From Paramecium tetraurelia (taxonomy: Eukaryota): a DNA stretch of 64,000 nucleotides. The stretch is from positions 1 to 64,000 of the forward strand of contig CT868374.1 in NCBI GenBank assembly GCA_000165425.1, read 5' to 3'. Every line of letters begins with the position of its first letter. Position 1 is the stretch's first letter. The position numbers and the translations under genes were made by a program. Under the pieces are notes generated by a model. It ran no database searches and was not told where the DNA came from. It saw nothing but the letters and a program-made list of their open reading frames with translations. Below are positions 38,470 to 52,696 of the stretch, piece after piece.

Positions 38470-39235
38470 TTTCAAATTCAAATTCAATTATTAATAAAAT
38501 TATTCATATTCAAGCTATATAATATCAAATAAATGGACTACTTTTTAACTAAAAATTTGTCAAGCTTTAAATCAGTTCAGAAAGTCATAATATTAAATCT
38601 ATTTCTTAATAACAATACAGAAATATAATAATAAGAAGTAATAAATATAAAATTGAAATCAAGATACAAACATTAATAACTATGGTATAATTGCATCTTA
38701 TACTAAAATATATCTAGATAAATGATAAAGAGAACTTTATATTTATCAATTGTTAAATTTTATGCAAAATTAATTTAGATATAATCTCTCTGAAAATATA
38801 ATTTATCATTATTTATATAAAACAGTGAGAAAATAATATTAATTTTGGAGCCTTGTATTGAATAAAATTCTTAATGATTTTTCTAAAGTATTATCTAAAG
38901 AAGAATTGTCTAAAATGAATATAAGTTATTAAAATATAGTCTTTGTTATACGATATGATATTTTTAATATAGAAGGAATATTTAATCATAAGATGAGAAA
39001 TTAAATAATTTTGTTCCAAGATCAAATAGATATAAAACAATAGAATATTTTTTTTCACCTTTGATAAGTACTTTATATATAATATACTTTTTATATTCTT
39101 TTAGGATATGAATGAACTATACTAATAGAATAATAGAATACATTTCATAATATTCATTATGATAATTTTTTACATATAAATTATCGAATTCTTCTTTGTA
39201 TAGAATAATAATTTAAAAATTAAAAATCTTAAACA

Positions 39236-40810
39236 ATGAGTTTTATAGGACCGAGAATGAATTGCTAATTGCATTAAAAATATCCCATAAGTCTGCTTAA
39301 TTTAACAAAAGGGTTATCTAAAGAAAAAAGATTACTATGTACTAGATGTAATTTACAATTGCAATAAAATTTGTATAGTATAGAAGAAATATTTGAATTT
39401 GCAGTTTCGATCTCGAAATCTGAGAAGGAATAAATGGAAATATTGAAAAAAGATAAGGATCAATTGGCTTAAATTAAGAATCTCCTTGGTTATATCTAAG
39501 CCTATTATAATAAATTAGAATTTGAGCATTAATAATTATTTGACTAAGTGTTAAAAAATCTCTTTATAAAACAAAATGATTCTATTGATACCTGCATCTA
39601 AAAAAAATAATAAAGTGATAGAAATGAATTGATTGGGTTGGCAGAATAAGCCAGCTTAATTATAAAATAAAATAGTGATAAAATAGAATTATAAGAAAAC
39701 AATTCTATTTAGTAATTAGCGAAACTTGATGAATTGAGAGGGAGAATAAAATTACTATAAGATTAATTAAAGATGGTAAACAATGATTAATCATAATCTA
39801 TAATTCTTAATTAAAAAGCACTCTATCCAAAATTAGATCCAGTTTAGGTTATTTAATAAAAAAAGATTGTCGAAGGATCTGAGTTCATAAGAATAGCTGA
39901 GATTTAATTAGAGTAATAAAAGATATATGATATCAAATTTAATAGAGATAATAATCTATTTATTATAGGTGGTTCAAAGTTAAAGAATAGTAATTGTTAT
40001 GTTTAGATTTGGAAATATGAGAATGATTAAGTTTCAAAAATGCAGGATTTAGAAAATTGCCATTCTGGAGATGTGAAATCTATTTGTTTTTCAAGTTAGG
40101 AGGATTCATTTTTTACAGGAAGTCAAGATACAACTATAATATATTGGAAGATGGAACCTTAAGGATGGAATAAATCTCAAGTATTATAGGATTAAAGTAG
40201 TGGAATAATTGGATTATAATTGAGTAATAAAGGGAATGTATTGGCTGCTGTTTCTAATTCAATATACTTGTGGAAAAGAGAACTTAAATAATGGGAAAAG
40301 GTTTAGGTTTTGAATCATAGTAAGAAGTAGTATTTGTGTGTTTGTTTTAATAATGACGATTCTTATTTAGCTGCAGGTAGTTCAGATTGTCAGATATATG
40401 TTTATTAGTATTAAAATGGGTAATGGATATTGAAAACAACAATATAAGATCAATCATAGGAGATCAATTTTATTACATTTCTCTAAGATTTGAATTTAGT
40501 GGCAGTTTTAAAGGATAACTTTATTAATTATTATGAATATTCACCTAACAATTGGTACGACTCAAAGAAGTTGTCAACTTTATCATCCTTTTAAGTTAGT
40601 TATAGTAAACAAAGTAATTTTTTGACAGTGGCATCTGGGAAATAGAAGGAAACCTTAATTTATTAGGTAGACCAGAGAGATGGACTTAAGAAGGTTTAAT
40701 AGATTCAAGCAAAAAGTGATTAAGTATATTCATCAAATGACGGGAAATTAATAGCACTATTTGCAAATTAGAAATTGGAATTCTATTCAGATCAAAATAT
40801 GTTATATTGA
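39236..40810 (+). CDS. B-box-like Zn finger, coiled coil and WD40 protein
   Basis: CQLH...LCTRC, then coiled coil, then HSGDVKSICFSS..FFTGSQDTTIIYWK and CVCFNNDDSYLAAGSSDCQIYVY. Confidence 0.72.
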
Positions 40811-40885
40811 GATATATTTACATTTAACAGTAAAAGGATCAACATTAAATTATAACATTATATATATATATAGATTTATAGATAA

Positions 40886-43800
40886 TCAATTATTCTTCTT
40901 TCTTCTTTGTGCTTTAATGAGCTAATAGATAAAGAGAAGATTTACTTTTCTTGTAGGTTGAATACCATCATTAGTATTTATTCTCATAAAAGACATCAAG
41001 TCATTAAGTTTAACAACAATTTAATTATCTAGTTCTTTTTTGAGTTGCTCAATACCCATGGCATAACTAAGAATTAAAAATATGTTACTGTTATTTGATT
41101 GTAAATAGAGTATTTTTAAATATTGAGTACTCATCCTCTTTTACTATTGAACTTAAGAACTATTCAATTTATTATTATGCTTCGCTGATGTCATCCTGAT
41201 CATTGAAATCGTCTTCATCATCGTCTTCTTCATCAAAATCTTCGCCATCAAAAGAACTAAGATTAAAATTGGATATACTTGTTCAATTTCTTTAATTCAT
41301 TCTCCTTTTCAAACTTGTCTTATTAGAATAAATTATTGACAATTGTTGTAATTAATTTCGAAGTTAATAGATTTGGTTACTTATTAATTAAAGTTGACAT
41401 TGTAATCACAAACAATTTGATGTCATAACCTGGAGAATATTGAGTGTCAAGAACTTAATTATATACAGCTGAAAACATTCCTGACAATAATTCACAAGTT
41501 AATTCTGGGACAGCATATAGTGCACTCAATATAATTCCAGTTATTCTTGATCTTAATAAACCAGTGAGTTCCTTTTTAGAAATAATAGTAAGTGTTTATT
41601 TTAGAATTGATTCCAAAATAGGCTTCTTTAAATCTGTATTGAGTTCTTATATTCCTAATTAAATAAGCAATGCTCCTTCAGCTTACTCTATGTCCTCAAA
41701 GGATTGATCTGATTGTAGATGTTAGAATGCTAAGTTGAAAAATATTTACTAGTATTGTTCATCTACAAAATGATTTCTGCCAAAATGAATGTAATAATTA
41801 AGTGTTTCATACAGATTCCCTAATCTACAGTTTTATTTCTGAATAACATTCATAAATAGGGGCAACACTTACATCTACAAGGGAGTGACTGATGACAATT
41901 TTTAGATGCATAAGGAGATGAACAAAATCAGATCTTCATCAAAATCTATTTTTTAGCATGTTGCTAACATTTAGTATAATTGAGTGATGCTTTATTCAAG
42001 AGTTATTAATAATTTTGTATATTCATTCTAATCTGCCAATGATCTTATAATATTCCAACACCTGTTCAAATAAATGTGTCTTTGGGAATCTCCTTTGTTG
42101 ATAAGATCTTATTCGTTAATTATTCTTTAGACCAAAATTTACATAAGTCCAATTAATAGATTTTCATTTTGTTGAAATACTTGTGAGTACTTCTTTAGTA
42201 GATTTATGATCATTTCAAAGTGTCTCTCGTAGATACTAAACGTTAAGCCATTGCATAATGATGGAAAGACAACTGCAACTAATCCTTTTGTTTTTCCTTT
42301 CAATTCATCATCTTCAAAGACATCCTTTAATGCATCTATTGATTAATACAAGACTACTGGTTCTTATGGTTGAACAAAGTTAATTAAAATAGATAAATAC
42401 ATTAACATACTCTAGGATTAAATATCTTTTTTGAATAGATTATCACAATAGTAACCAAAAAATAGAGAAAACCTCACTTTTATTATTTAGTGTTGAATAT
42501 TTTAGAAAAATGCTAAATTATCAGTTAGTAGTTATTCCATCATACCTACAATATCCTATCTCTTTTAAATCAAATAACTCATTATTGTTAATACAATTAA
42601 ACTACTTTCAATTCTGTCAACAGCATTGTATTCAGTGAATAATTTCCTAAAAAGAATTATTTCAAATATTTACTTTTCAGATATGGCTTAGATGAATGTT
42701 TATTATTATTCATTAAGTGGAACAGGTTTAGCTGATAAACTATTAATTGCATTTTATGAAATAATAACAGCTAAGTTAGCCAAGAATGTTGTAGATCCAT
42801 CTATATGGTCACATAAAGTTTCTAATAATTATGCTGCAGCAGTTTTAGGAATGTCAGACTCTTATTTATCAACTGTATCAAGTGCCAGATTTACAAACTC
42901 TTCTGGTTCTTCTTTCATTTTTAAATACTCTTATTAGGATGTTATCAAATAAGGATAGATGACATCTGTTATCAAGGGCACTTTTGAATCAGAGAATATT
43001 TGATACTATTCTGTTTATGCTCCAAGATTTGCTAATAATTTAAGCATGTATGTTATTATATTTCTTAGGAATGGCTTACTATAATTATATTGTTTTAGTA
43101 TTACTTCAGAATCGCATTTGTTGATTCACTATTTGTATAAGTAAGGATGGAATAGAGTAAGAGTTGAGTAATTGGATTAATGTAGGGACCAAATGGTCCT
43201 TTTTTGACTTCGGATTTATTACGAGTATTGAGCAAAATTTGAAAGATTATCATATAAGACTTCAGAATATAACTTTTAATTTCATTCATTTTGTCATCAA
43301 AAATCTAGATACCAGTATTGATTATGATGGAATTTTGCATTTATTTTCCTATTGAGGGTGAATATTAAAGTAATAAAATTAATGAACCAGAAAATGAATT
43401 TAATGAGAATAAAATATTTAAAATTGGTAGTATTTATTCTCTTGAGATATTTGATTATTATTATATTTTGTCACATAAATCCTAGATTGATTATGCAAAG
43501 TATTTCATAGTGTTTATAAAATCATCCGATAATTCTTTTGGCTATTCTTACAACACCGTAATAATTTAGACACATTAATTAAAATACTCGGTAATCCAAT
43601 CATAATTAGTTGTAATTGCATTAGCGTAATTTGAGAAATTCTAAAGTTCAACAGAGTCTGTCAAAATCTTAAAGAACAATATTCCAGACTATTTTTACCA
43701 TTACTATTCCCCCTACAAGAATTCTTTCATCTTCCTTTCAATTTCAGTCTTTACATCTAAACTAAATTGAAATATTACTTTTATTTCTTCTAGAAATTTA

Positions 43801-44164
43801 ACTTAAAGATTAAATGAGAGATTATTTGTATTTTAAGGGAGTGTTTTAAGAGGTTAGCACAGAAATCAATGATTCAGCATGCTGGATTGTTAATTAATCT
43901 AATTAATATGAAATATTAGTACTAGGATTAGTATTTAGCATTTTCATTACGACTGAATTCAACATATTGGCAGCTTATTCCTACACTATAATTGAGCAAG
44001 AAATAAGTACTTTTGTCTTGTTTTTCTGCTAATTAAGCAATAAATTAAAAATTCTAATAGTTTTCCTACAATGAATTGACTAAAGATTTCTCTGCTTGAT
44101 TTCTGACTTAATTATCCTTATTTGTATATGCTGCTACTAATTGTTCATAGATTAAAGATGCCAT
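40886..44164 (-). CDS. Importin-beta family karyopherin (importin-7/8-like)
   Basis: N-terminal AYTNKDNQVRNQAERSL, HEAT-like helices, MKEEPEEFVNLALDTVDKQ...PKTAAAQLL, and an acidic C-terminal loop DGEDFDEEDDDEDDFND. Confidence 0.75.
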
Positions 44165-44279
44165 CCCTAAATTATTATTTAAATTATTTAAAAAAATACA
44201 CGAAAATTTATCAACTTCATTACTCACAAATTAAAATATGTTAATTTTGATTTCACTTCATATAATATATTTATATACC

Positions 44280-44759
44280 TCACATTTTCATGATTTCTTC
44301 CATCTTTGGGAATTTCCCATCTCTCATGTATTCCTTTAATGTAATATCCATTTTATCTTCACATTTCCTTCTGCAGATAGAAGTTTTGAGAATTTTCACG
44401 CCCTTATAATTTTAAGCAGTCCCAATATCACAAATTTCAATACACTCATTGAACTTTAACACTTCATGATGAAAATATTTCTTTAAGAACTACTCTCCCC
44501 TATATTCACATAAATGATATTCATTTCCATCAAACTTTTCTAATTCATCCCTATCAGCCTCACTTAATTCATAAGGAGGAGATCTCCCTTTAAAATACCT
44601 ATAAATTAATTCCTCCTATAGAGATCTGTTTTATATTTATTGTAATTCTAAAGTATAAGCACCTTGTAATTTTTGAACACAACTAGCTGCGATTAATCCA
44701 ATTATATCTTTTGGAAAAGGACTTAATTCGTATTGCTTCTCAGGTTTTTTAATGCTCAT
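44280..44759 (-). CDS. 159-aa hypothetical protein with twin CX3C motif
   Basis: Intronless ORF MSIKKPEKQYELSPFPKD...FNECIEICDIG...SICRRKCEDKM. Confidence 0.7.
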
Positions 44760-44907
44760 TAATATTACTTTTGTAAATTATTCTTTTTCTCTAAATTTAT
44801 TGATTAATAACAAGAATAAATAAAAGGATAAATCATAGTTATCAAGAATAATAGAGAGGAAAAGCTAATAAAAATTATTATAAAAAAAATATAAAATTAC
44901 TTAGAAA

Positions 44908-45842
44908 ATGAAATCATTATCTGTTCCTAAGCACACTAATTACAAACCTTTAAATAATAGCTTTAGTACTCCTGATAAGAAACCTAATAAAGTATGCGTA
45001 TGAGTTATATAAGAGTAGATTAAATACTTAATCAACTTTGAAGCTTAGCGGAGAAATGATGTCCGTTTAAAGTTATTTATATGAACAAGCTCATTTAAAG
45101 GAGGAGGCTTCAAAAAAAGAGTTTATAAGATAAATCAAGAGTGTAATCGACAATCTTGAAAAGAGTAAGAGCTTTAAGTAGTTAAACTAATAACTCTCAA
45201 ATTTGATAGTCGGATTAAGGACATGCATAAATTAATAGGAAGTATCGAATTAGCTAATCTAATTAATCCAAATGATCAGAGACGTTGTCAATAATCATTA
45301 AAACAACAAGCTGATTCATCATAATAAAGATAAGGCAATATTGCTCTAAAAAATTCATGAATTAGAATTATAAGCAAAAGAAAATTAATTTTAATAAGGT
45401 AGTTAATTTTCTATAATGTTTAGAATTATAAATGTAAAATATGAAAGCATAAGAGAGAATAAGAAATTATGAAATTCGACTAGAATAAATTAAATAAGTG
45501 AAAGAATAACATCACCAAATTTAACCATAGAAGTAATAAGTGAATAGTCATGAAAAAATGCAATTGAAAAACCAGATTAAATTGATGCAATAGAAAATTG
45601 AGACACTATCAGACAAAGAGAAGAAATTAATTTAACTAGTAAAAGCTGTAAAATAGAGAGGAATTGATATTGAGCATATATACAGAAATGTTAATTAGGT
45701 TTCGAGTAGAAATAGTCTAATTTTAAATCAAGAGAATGAAGAACAGTTTGAAGATAGTTCATATTCTGATTTTGCAGACATCTCTCAATTTGATATTGGT
45801 TAGAGTAGTATTAAAAGACACCAAATTTTTTTATTAGATTGA
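44908..45842 (+). CDS. Hypothetical coiled-coil protein
   Basis: MKSLSVPKHTNYKP...ENMQLKNQIKLMQQKIETLSDKEKKLIQLVKAVK, with tiny introns. Confidence 0.6.
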
Positions 45843-45898
45843 CATTTTTTATATCTATAAATATAAAGTTTTTATATCATAAATAAAATTTATTAACA

Positions 45899-46771
45899 AT
45901 GTATAATTCCAAATCTTTATGTAATATTAACTACTATGCTTACTAGACCAATAAGTATCTCCAAGTAGTGGAAGAATATAAAAGATATCAGAAAAGTTAT
46001 CAACCATATAAATTGGAGTAGAGAATGAGAGATTCTAAAAACTTGAATAAGCTGAACAAAGAATCCAATAAGCTGAAGATGAATTTAATGAATTTTAAGA
46101 ATAAATCTTTACTAAACTAAATGGACTTAGAGATTAAGTATTATGTTATCATAAGTATCAGTTAGGAAAATTGTAGAAATAAGTTGAAGAGGATAAATTA
46201 GCAAAAGAACAGGCTAATGAAACTAAAAATAGAGAGGTGTCAGCTTTAGAAAAGAAATTTTAAAATTCAATTGAAACTGAGGCTCAGTCCAGAAAAGAAG
46301 GGGAATCTAAAGTGTTACGTTTGCTAGAGGATAAAACAGCATTATTAAGAACTGAAGTTTCAGAAAGAAACAGCAAGCAGAGTTGATGCTATAGAGGGTA
46401 TTCATCAAGGTTTGTAAAATGATTTACCAAAAATTCAAGAGGCCATCCGAAATGAGGCTACTGAAAGAGATGAGTCTGATTAAAATGTATACATTTAGCC
46501 ATTTATTATCAGGTTATGAAATCAATCACTGATGAACTTGTCAAATTAAGTAATTTAATTAATGTGGAAAAGAGAAACAGAGATGAAAGTGAATAGTCCA
46601 TCTTTGAAATGTTAAAGGACATAGTTAATAGAGTGAAAGTGGAATTGGATCAAGAAAAGAAGACGAGGTAATCAATGCTTCTAAACTTTGATTAGGGAGT
46701 AATCGGAAGAGCATCTTTTAAGTCTATTAGAAGATACTTGTAACAAATTAAGTATTGCAGCAAATCTATGA
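45899..46771 (+). CDS. SF-assemblin/beta-giardin family striated-fibre protein (one-base frameshift at ~46359)
   Basis: SPSSGRIQKISEKLSTIQIGVENER...EAQSRKEGESKV...EKRNRDESEQSIFEMLKD...REQSEEHLLSLLEDTCNKL. Confidence 0.78.
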
Positions 46772-46809
46772 TCGATTATATAAATATTTTATAATTAAAT
46801 TATTCATCT

Positions 46810-48361
46810 ATGTCAAAAGAAGTAGTAATAATTTATTTATACTATGATAGAGATCTATTTCAGCACATGACCCTATGATCAAGAATGCAAAATTCTAGAC
46901 TTAAAGAAAGTATTCAATATTCTAATCTAGTTATTTGAATGTTTCAAAATTTTGGCCAGAAAACGATTATCATGATAAGGAGACTCTCTATTTTCAATTA
47001 AAGACTTTGAAAGAAGAAATTAATATAATGAGAACAGAGAATATCAAGTTAAAAACTCGCATTTTATAATAAGATGTATTGTAAATTTTAATTTGTTAGA
47101 AAGAACTCTAGAATTTTAATAAGTATTTTGAAGATCAATAATTCAAACAGAATCCTTTGTCTAAAAGTCATGAGTACATCATTTAATAGATCAAAAAATA
47201 AAATAAAGATTTATAGCAGCTGTTATAAGAGAAATTGTATATCATTGAATAGATGAAAAAAAATATAAAGGTTACAAAGGTTTAAGAAATCTCGATTCAA
47301 AATTAATTATATAAAGAAGAAATTAACAAATTGAAAAAGATGCTGTTGGATTAAGAAAACAACAATAAAGAGTATATTCATATATTATTTCCAAGATTCT
47401 TAAATCAATAGACAATGATCAAGGAGAATTTCTTAAAAACCTAATAAGGTTTTATCAAATAACAAAATGAAATTAATGATTTGAAATAATAATAATAAAA
47501 TGATTAGTAGAAAATCAATTAATTATAAGTATTTTGTTTAGATTTATTAGAATGAAGTTACAAAATTAAATCAGATTAAACTCAATTTAGAGGATAAAAT
47601 GAAAAGAATGACTACAGAACAAAATAAAAAGAGTTCAACAAACTCCTTTAGAAGTAATAAACTTTAAGCAACAACTGAAATATCTTGTACTCAACTTAAA
47701 TCTAAAACTCAAGATGAACTTTAATATAAATTAATAATTAGAGGTATCACACATGAATAATTCACATAAATGATCTAAGAATTAAAATAGCAGGCATTTG
47801 ATTTAAAAAAGCAAATTGAAAAGGAAGACATTGAATATATATTAAGTTAAGAGCCTTTTAGTTTAGGTTAAGATAGAATATAGGAAGTGATTAAATCATT
47901 ATCATAATCTGGCAATAGGTTGGCAGATACTTTATTGAATTAAATTGGAAAATATAAGACATTTGTTGATTATCCTGATTTTAAAATTCAAGAAGCAGAG
48001 AAAATCATTAAATAAACTCTAAAATAGCCAGAAATAACCTAGTATCTATAAACTAAACAGATCTAACTCTGGAATAAAGAAGATGTTATTCAAATGATAA
48101 AATGTTTAAAGATCAATTGGAGTGAACCTGTCTTATTGTTCTATATCTTGAATGTATAAAAATTTATTGAATTTATAGATATTTGAAAAATCTGGCTAAG
48201 TACTCGAATTTAAAAATGAGACGATTATTGACCCTTTTCCGTAATTGATACAGAAAGAGTCTTCAAGAATAATAGAAGAAAGTGAAGAAGACTTATTTGA
48301 ATAGCTATCAGATAAATCTGAAACTGTTATAATTTAAGATACTGATCAATATATCACATGA
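46810..48361 (+). CDS. Hypothetical coiled-coil protein
   Basis: MSKEVVIIYLY...LKRRNQYNENREYQVKKLAF..., several tiny introns, ends ...DTDQYIT TGA. Confidence 0.6.
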
Positions 48362-48822
48362 AAAATGCATATTATTTACTTTTATAAACAAGTTACAATG
48401 TTCTAAAATAGATGTTTTCAAATGAGTACTTTTGTAGGACTCTGGTAAATCTCTATCTATTAAAGGTTTGCTAACCTTTCAATCTTACTTTTGTGTTTTT
48501 TGTTTAAGCTTCATATTTAATTTATTAATTAAATTATTTTATTACAATTTTTGAATACCCCATCAATTTTCAGTATTCAAGTTGCTTTAGTGTGGATGTC
48601 TTCCTTTTTATTATCTTTATTCTTTTTCGGTCGTTGTTCTCTTCTCTAATTTTGTTTTATTTATAATAGTTAATATAAAGATATATATATTTTTTATTTC
48701 TATTGGAGGAGTTGTGATTAAGGGTTAACAAGAGAACTTGGATACATTAGATATGTAAGTAGGGATGATATTTATGCATCTCTATATAAAAATAAGATAA
48801 TATTTATTATTATTTATTAAAA

Positions 48823-50502
48823 ATGAGTTCTCAGATAAATACTTAAGCTTTAGTACCTTAGATTCTTTGTCAAAAAGAAAGTTGCAAGGATAAAAGAGAG
48901 AATATTAAGACAATTTTCTCTTGTAATTTGTAAAAAAATCTTAATAATGATTCTATTACTAATTGCAAAGGTTGTATTGGAAAAAAATGTGATCCATCTG
49001 TTAACCCTTGTTAAATAAATTTAGATGACTTGTGTTTGCAATTGAGAAAACAAAAAATACATGAGAAAGAAATATTGTAGATTTTTGAGGTATTAAAGAA
49101 GAAATTAGAGCAAACTATTTAAAATGCTCATAATGAGATAGAAAAGTTAAAAAGCAAAATACTGGAGATTGATTAAGCTATTGTAGAGATGTGTTTGTTT
49201 AAAAATAATTCTAAGTTAGAGGAATTTATAAATAGAGGAAAATAGGCTCCTTTGGATCTATTAATAGATATGGTAAAAGAGTTAAGGGAAAAAATTTTCA
49301 TTGTTGAAAAGGTTGATTAAAATATTCAACAGTAGATACAATATAATTAAGATAAACTTAATGTTATTTATGAAGATGGAACTATTAGAATTAATGATGT
49401 TCTAAAAAATAAACTACAATAAATGTCATAGATGATTAGTTGTTTTAAAAAATAAGTTTCATAAATAAATAACAATAATTATAATTTTAGTCTAGAAAAA
49501 AACTAAAATATTACATCAAATTACTAAAAGATTGAAGGGCCAGATAATTTATCTGTTAAAACGATTTACAATTTGAGATTTAATCGATCAAATAATTTGT
49601 TTGCAATTGGAACTAGCAATTTAAATTCTGAAAAGGTTAGTTGTGTGGAAATTTGGAAAATTGATAATAATAAAATTGAGTTAGTTTAAAGTTTGCAGCA
49701 ATATCCAGATGTTACAGCATTATGTTTTGGCAAAAAGGATGATTCCCTAATTACAGGAAGTTTGGATTCCAAAATTATTCTTTGGTCCCCTTAGCCTAAA
49801 CAGAAAGATCCATATCAAGAATCCAACTCATAGCCAAAGATAACCCCTAAGGGATATATTAATTGTATTGAAATAAACTAAAATTCAAGAATCTTAGCAA
49901 TTGGAAGTGAAGAATTAATTATTTTTGAGTAAAATAATAGTAATTGGGTAAAAATTGCTTAATTGGAAGAATAAGTTAAGAACATAGCCTTTTCAAATTG
50001 TAATAAAATAATTGTAGTTTAATGTATCAAAAACAGAGAAGAGAGAATTGAACTATATTATATTTAAGAGTCGCAAAATTAAACAATTTAGATAATTGCT
50101 TTCAGAGATTTAAATTAGGCACAATAAAATTAAACTATCTCAAGTACAAGATTCATGTTTTTAAATATACTAAATAAAGTCAAGATATATAAATTAAACA
50201 ACAATACAGCATAGAGAGAAGATATTGATTCAATCGAAAAGTTGAACTTCACTTAAAAAAGTGGCATTGGATTTTGTTCAAACAGCAGTTCTACCAGTCT
50301 TTTAGCCTTTTCATAAAGTGTTAATGATAATGGAGTTACTTAGATACTCAAAATCAATGAAAAAAATGAAGTAACCTTTCTTTAATCAATTTAATAAAAA
50401 GGATAAAAATTATTTTTCTCAAATGGTGGCTAGATACTTGTTATTTGGGATGGGAATAATTTAGTTGTCTTCAAGGATAAATCTAATCCAAGATCACAAT
50501 GA
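48823..50502 (+). CDS. Cys-rich N-terminus, coiled coil and divergent WD40 propeller protein
   Basis: Intronless code-6 ORF with CQKESC...CKGC and PDVTALCFGKKDDSLITGSLDSKIILWSP. Confidence 0.72.
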
Positions 50503-50673
50503 TATTTGCAATTTATTCAAAACGCATATAAATATTATAATTCTGATTATAATAGATCCATATTAATTGTTAATAATCTTCCTGTTAATATTTGTATAAA
50601 ATAGTATCTTCTATAACTATTCTCATTTTATTTATTCATATTTATTTAATTAAATTAAATTTCAGATATAAAC

Positions 50674-50927
50674 ATGGGATGCGCCCAATAGAAAATTTCA
50701 AAGAAGGAGCAAATGAATTAAGTTGCTATCTAAAATTTATCAAATGGGCCAATAACGAAAGACAAAAAAACTATATCATATCAAATATATTATTACCACG
50801 GAAAATTATCCCTAAAATCAATTGGTATTATAAGAAATTATTTTAAGATTAAAGTACCATCTTGAAGAGAAGAAGAACTAAAGAATTAATAACTGAACAA
50901 TCTTCACCCACAAAAATCGACAAGTGA
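50674..50927 (+). CDS. 76-aa MGC-start microprotein (predicted N-myristoylated/palmitoylated)
   Basis: MGCAQQKISKK...SLKSI|DQSTILKRRRTKELITEQSSPTKIDK. A 23-nt intron (gtattataagaaattattttaag) restores the frame. Confidence 0.6.
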
Positions 50928-51550
50928 CTATATTTATTTAAATTTATTATATTCACATTATTTTAATAATTTCAAATAGTTGTTTTCTCATAGGTAAATC
51001 CCATAATTTCTTTTTTGAACTTTCAAACTCTCCTTGTCCATTCATATAAGGTCCTACCGATTTTATCACTAAAAGATATGATTTTAATACATTTAAGTAG
51101 GATTCAGTTTTTTCCCATTTTTCTATATATTTTTACTACAAAAACACAAATTCTCTTAAAATGTTACCTAATAACCTTCTCTTTAATAGAGTTCTGAAGA
51201 ACGAGTTCATAAAATAATGAATTGTAATTTAAAATTGCAAGATGATGAAAATTATAAAACATTAATATTAAATAAATAATTTAATTTTCAGGCTATTCTT
51301 AGATTGATAATATGATTAAAAATATGTGATAATAGGTTATTAAGAGGTCTATGATTAGACTATATTAACAGATACACTTTTATAAAGAGTAGTTCTTGGT
51401 TATAAGCTCTTAGATAATGATTTTTGAGTAACGACATCTCCTTTATAAATAAATGAGGTTTTGCCTCTTAAAATTACAGATAATAATGTTTTTCAGTCTG
51501 ATTCAAATCTTTATAATTAATTAAAAAGTACTTTTTATTATAGAAATTAG

Positions 51551-52696
51551 ATGAATGATAAAAATCCTTATAATTAGAATTCTTACTTCAAGGATAGGAA
51601 AATTACTGCTAACGATCTATTTAATCAGATTGAAACAGACTTAAAATTAATTAAAGGCAAATGTAAGCAATAAATATAAAAAACAAATTTACAGCATGAA
51701 AAAGAGATGTATAATGAAGTATTAGATCATATGAACCAAATGATATAACATAATAATGAGAAGCAGATTATATTTAAATCGAACCATTCCTATAATAATG
51801 AAAATTAAATATAATAATCGACAAATATCAAATTGGATTCTCAAATAAGATATTGCGTCACTTTTGAGTTTGAAAATGAGACTAAAGAGGAAGAATTTTC
51901 ACATTAACTCAGTTTTAAAGAACTCTATTTATTTCTATTAAAAGAATCCTCTTTTATTATAAAATAAATGTTTGTTATTTTGGATTAGCAGGCTAATATT
52001 ATTAATCCTAATGATTGGGAATAACCTTTTATATGCGGAGATAAGGCTGACTCTCGATTCATCATTTAATCTCTCTCACAATACTTAATGACATAATAAT
52101 CAGTAATAGTACAAAGAGCTTCGCAAATAATGCAAATAGAATCTCAAATAGTACCAAGAGAATCGCAAATAGTACCAGTAGAATCGCAAATACTACCAAG
52201 AGACTCACAAAAAAGTACTCAATCATAAAAAAGGTCGGAAGTCTAATAGCTTTTTAAATCTTAAAATCACTATGTTAAAGATGTGCAAAAAGAATCAAAA
52301 TTATACTAATATCGCTCTACAATTCAAAAATAATTTTATAGTAAGATGAGTACCATTGTTTATCAATGCAAAAATTGCAATTAAGAGATTTAGAATCAAT
52401 AAATTATGTTGAAATGTTACCATAATTATCATGAAGACTGTCTTACTTCAATGTTAAAATCATAAATTTAATCAGGTTAATCCATACTAAATTGTATATG
52501 CAATTAAAAAATACACATAAATGAGTTGGATTTATTGACATATGGATTGAAATAGAATTTATATAAAAATTAGATTGATACAATTTATTAGAAATATTAA
52601 GGATAATTTATGAAGTGTAAAAATTGTTATTTCTTTTACATGAAAACATAAAACAAATCGCAAATAAGATCAGCTTGCATAATGTGTTCAAATTGA
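51551..52696 (+). CDS. RING-finger protein with a partial IBR-like Cys cluster (start uncertain)
   Basis: CKNC...LKCYHNYHEDC...LNCIC, then KCKNC...SACIMC. The same frame continues upstream but contains TGA at 51425. Confidence 0.65.
52100..52210 (+). repeat. Imperfect 21-nt coding tandem repeat (ESQIVPR-like, about 5 copies)
   Basis: gaatctcaaatagtaccaaga gaatcgcaaatagtaccagta gaatcgcaaatactaccaaga. Confidence 0.8.

Noticed and set aside
38533..39200. Upstream extension of the B-box/WD40 gene
   Set aside because: All frames hit TGA without a convincing intron set, and ATG 39236 gives a coherent N-terminus.
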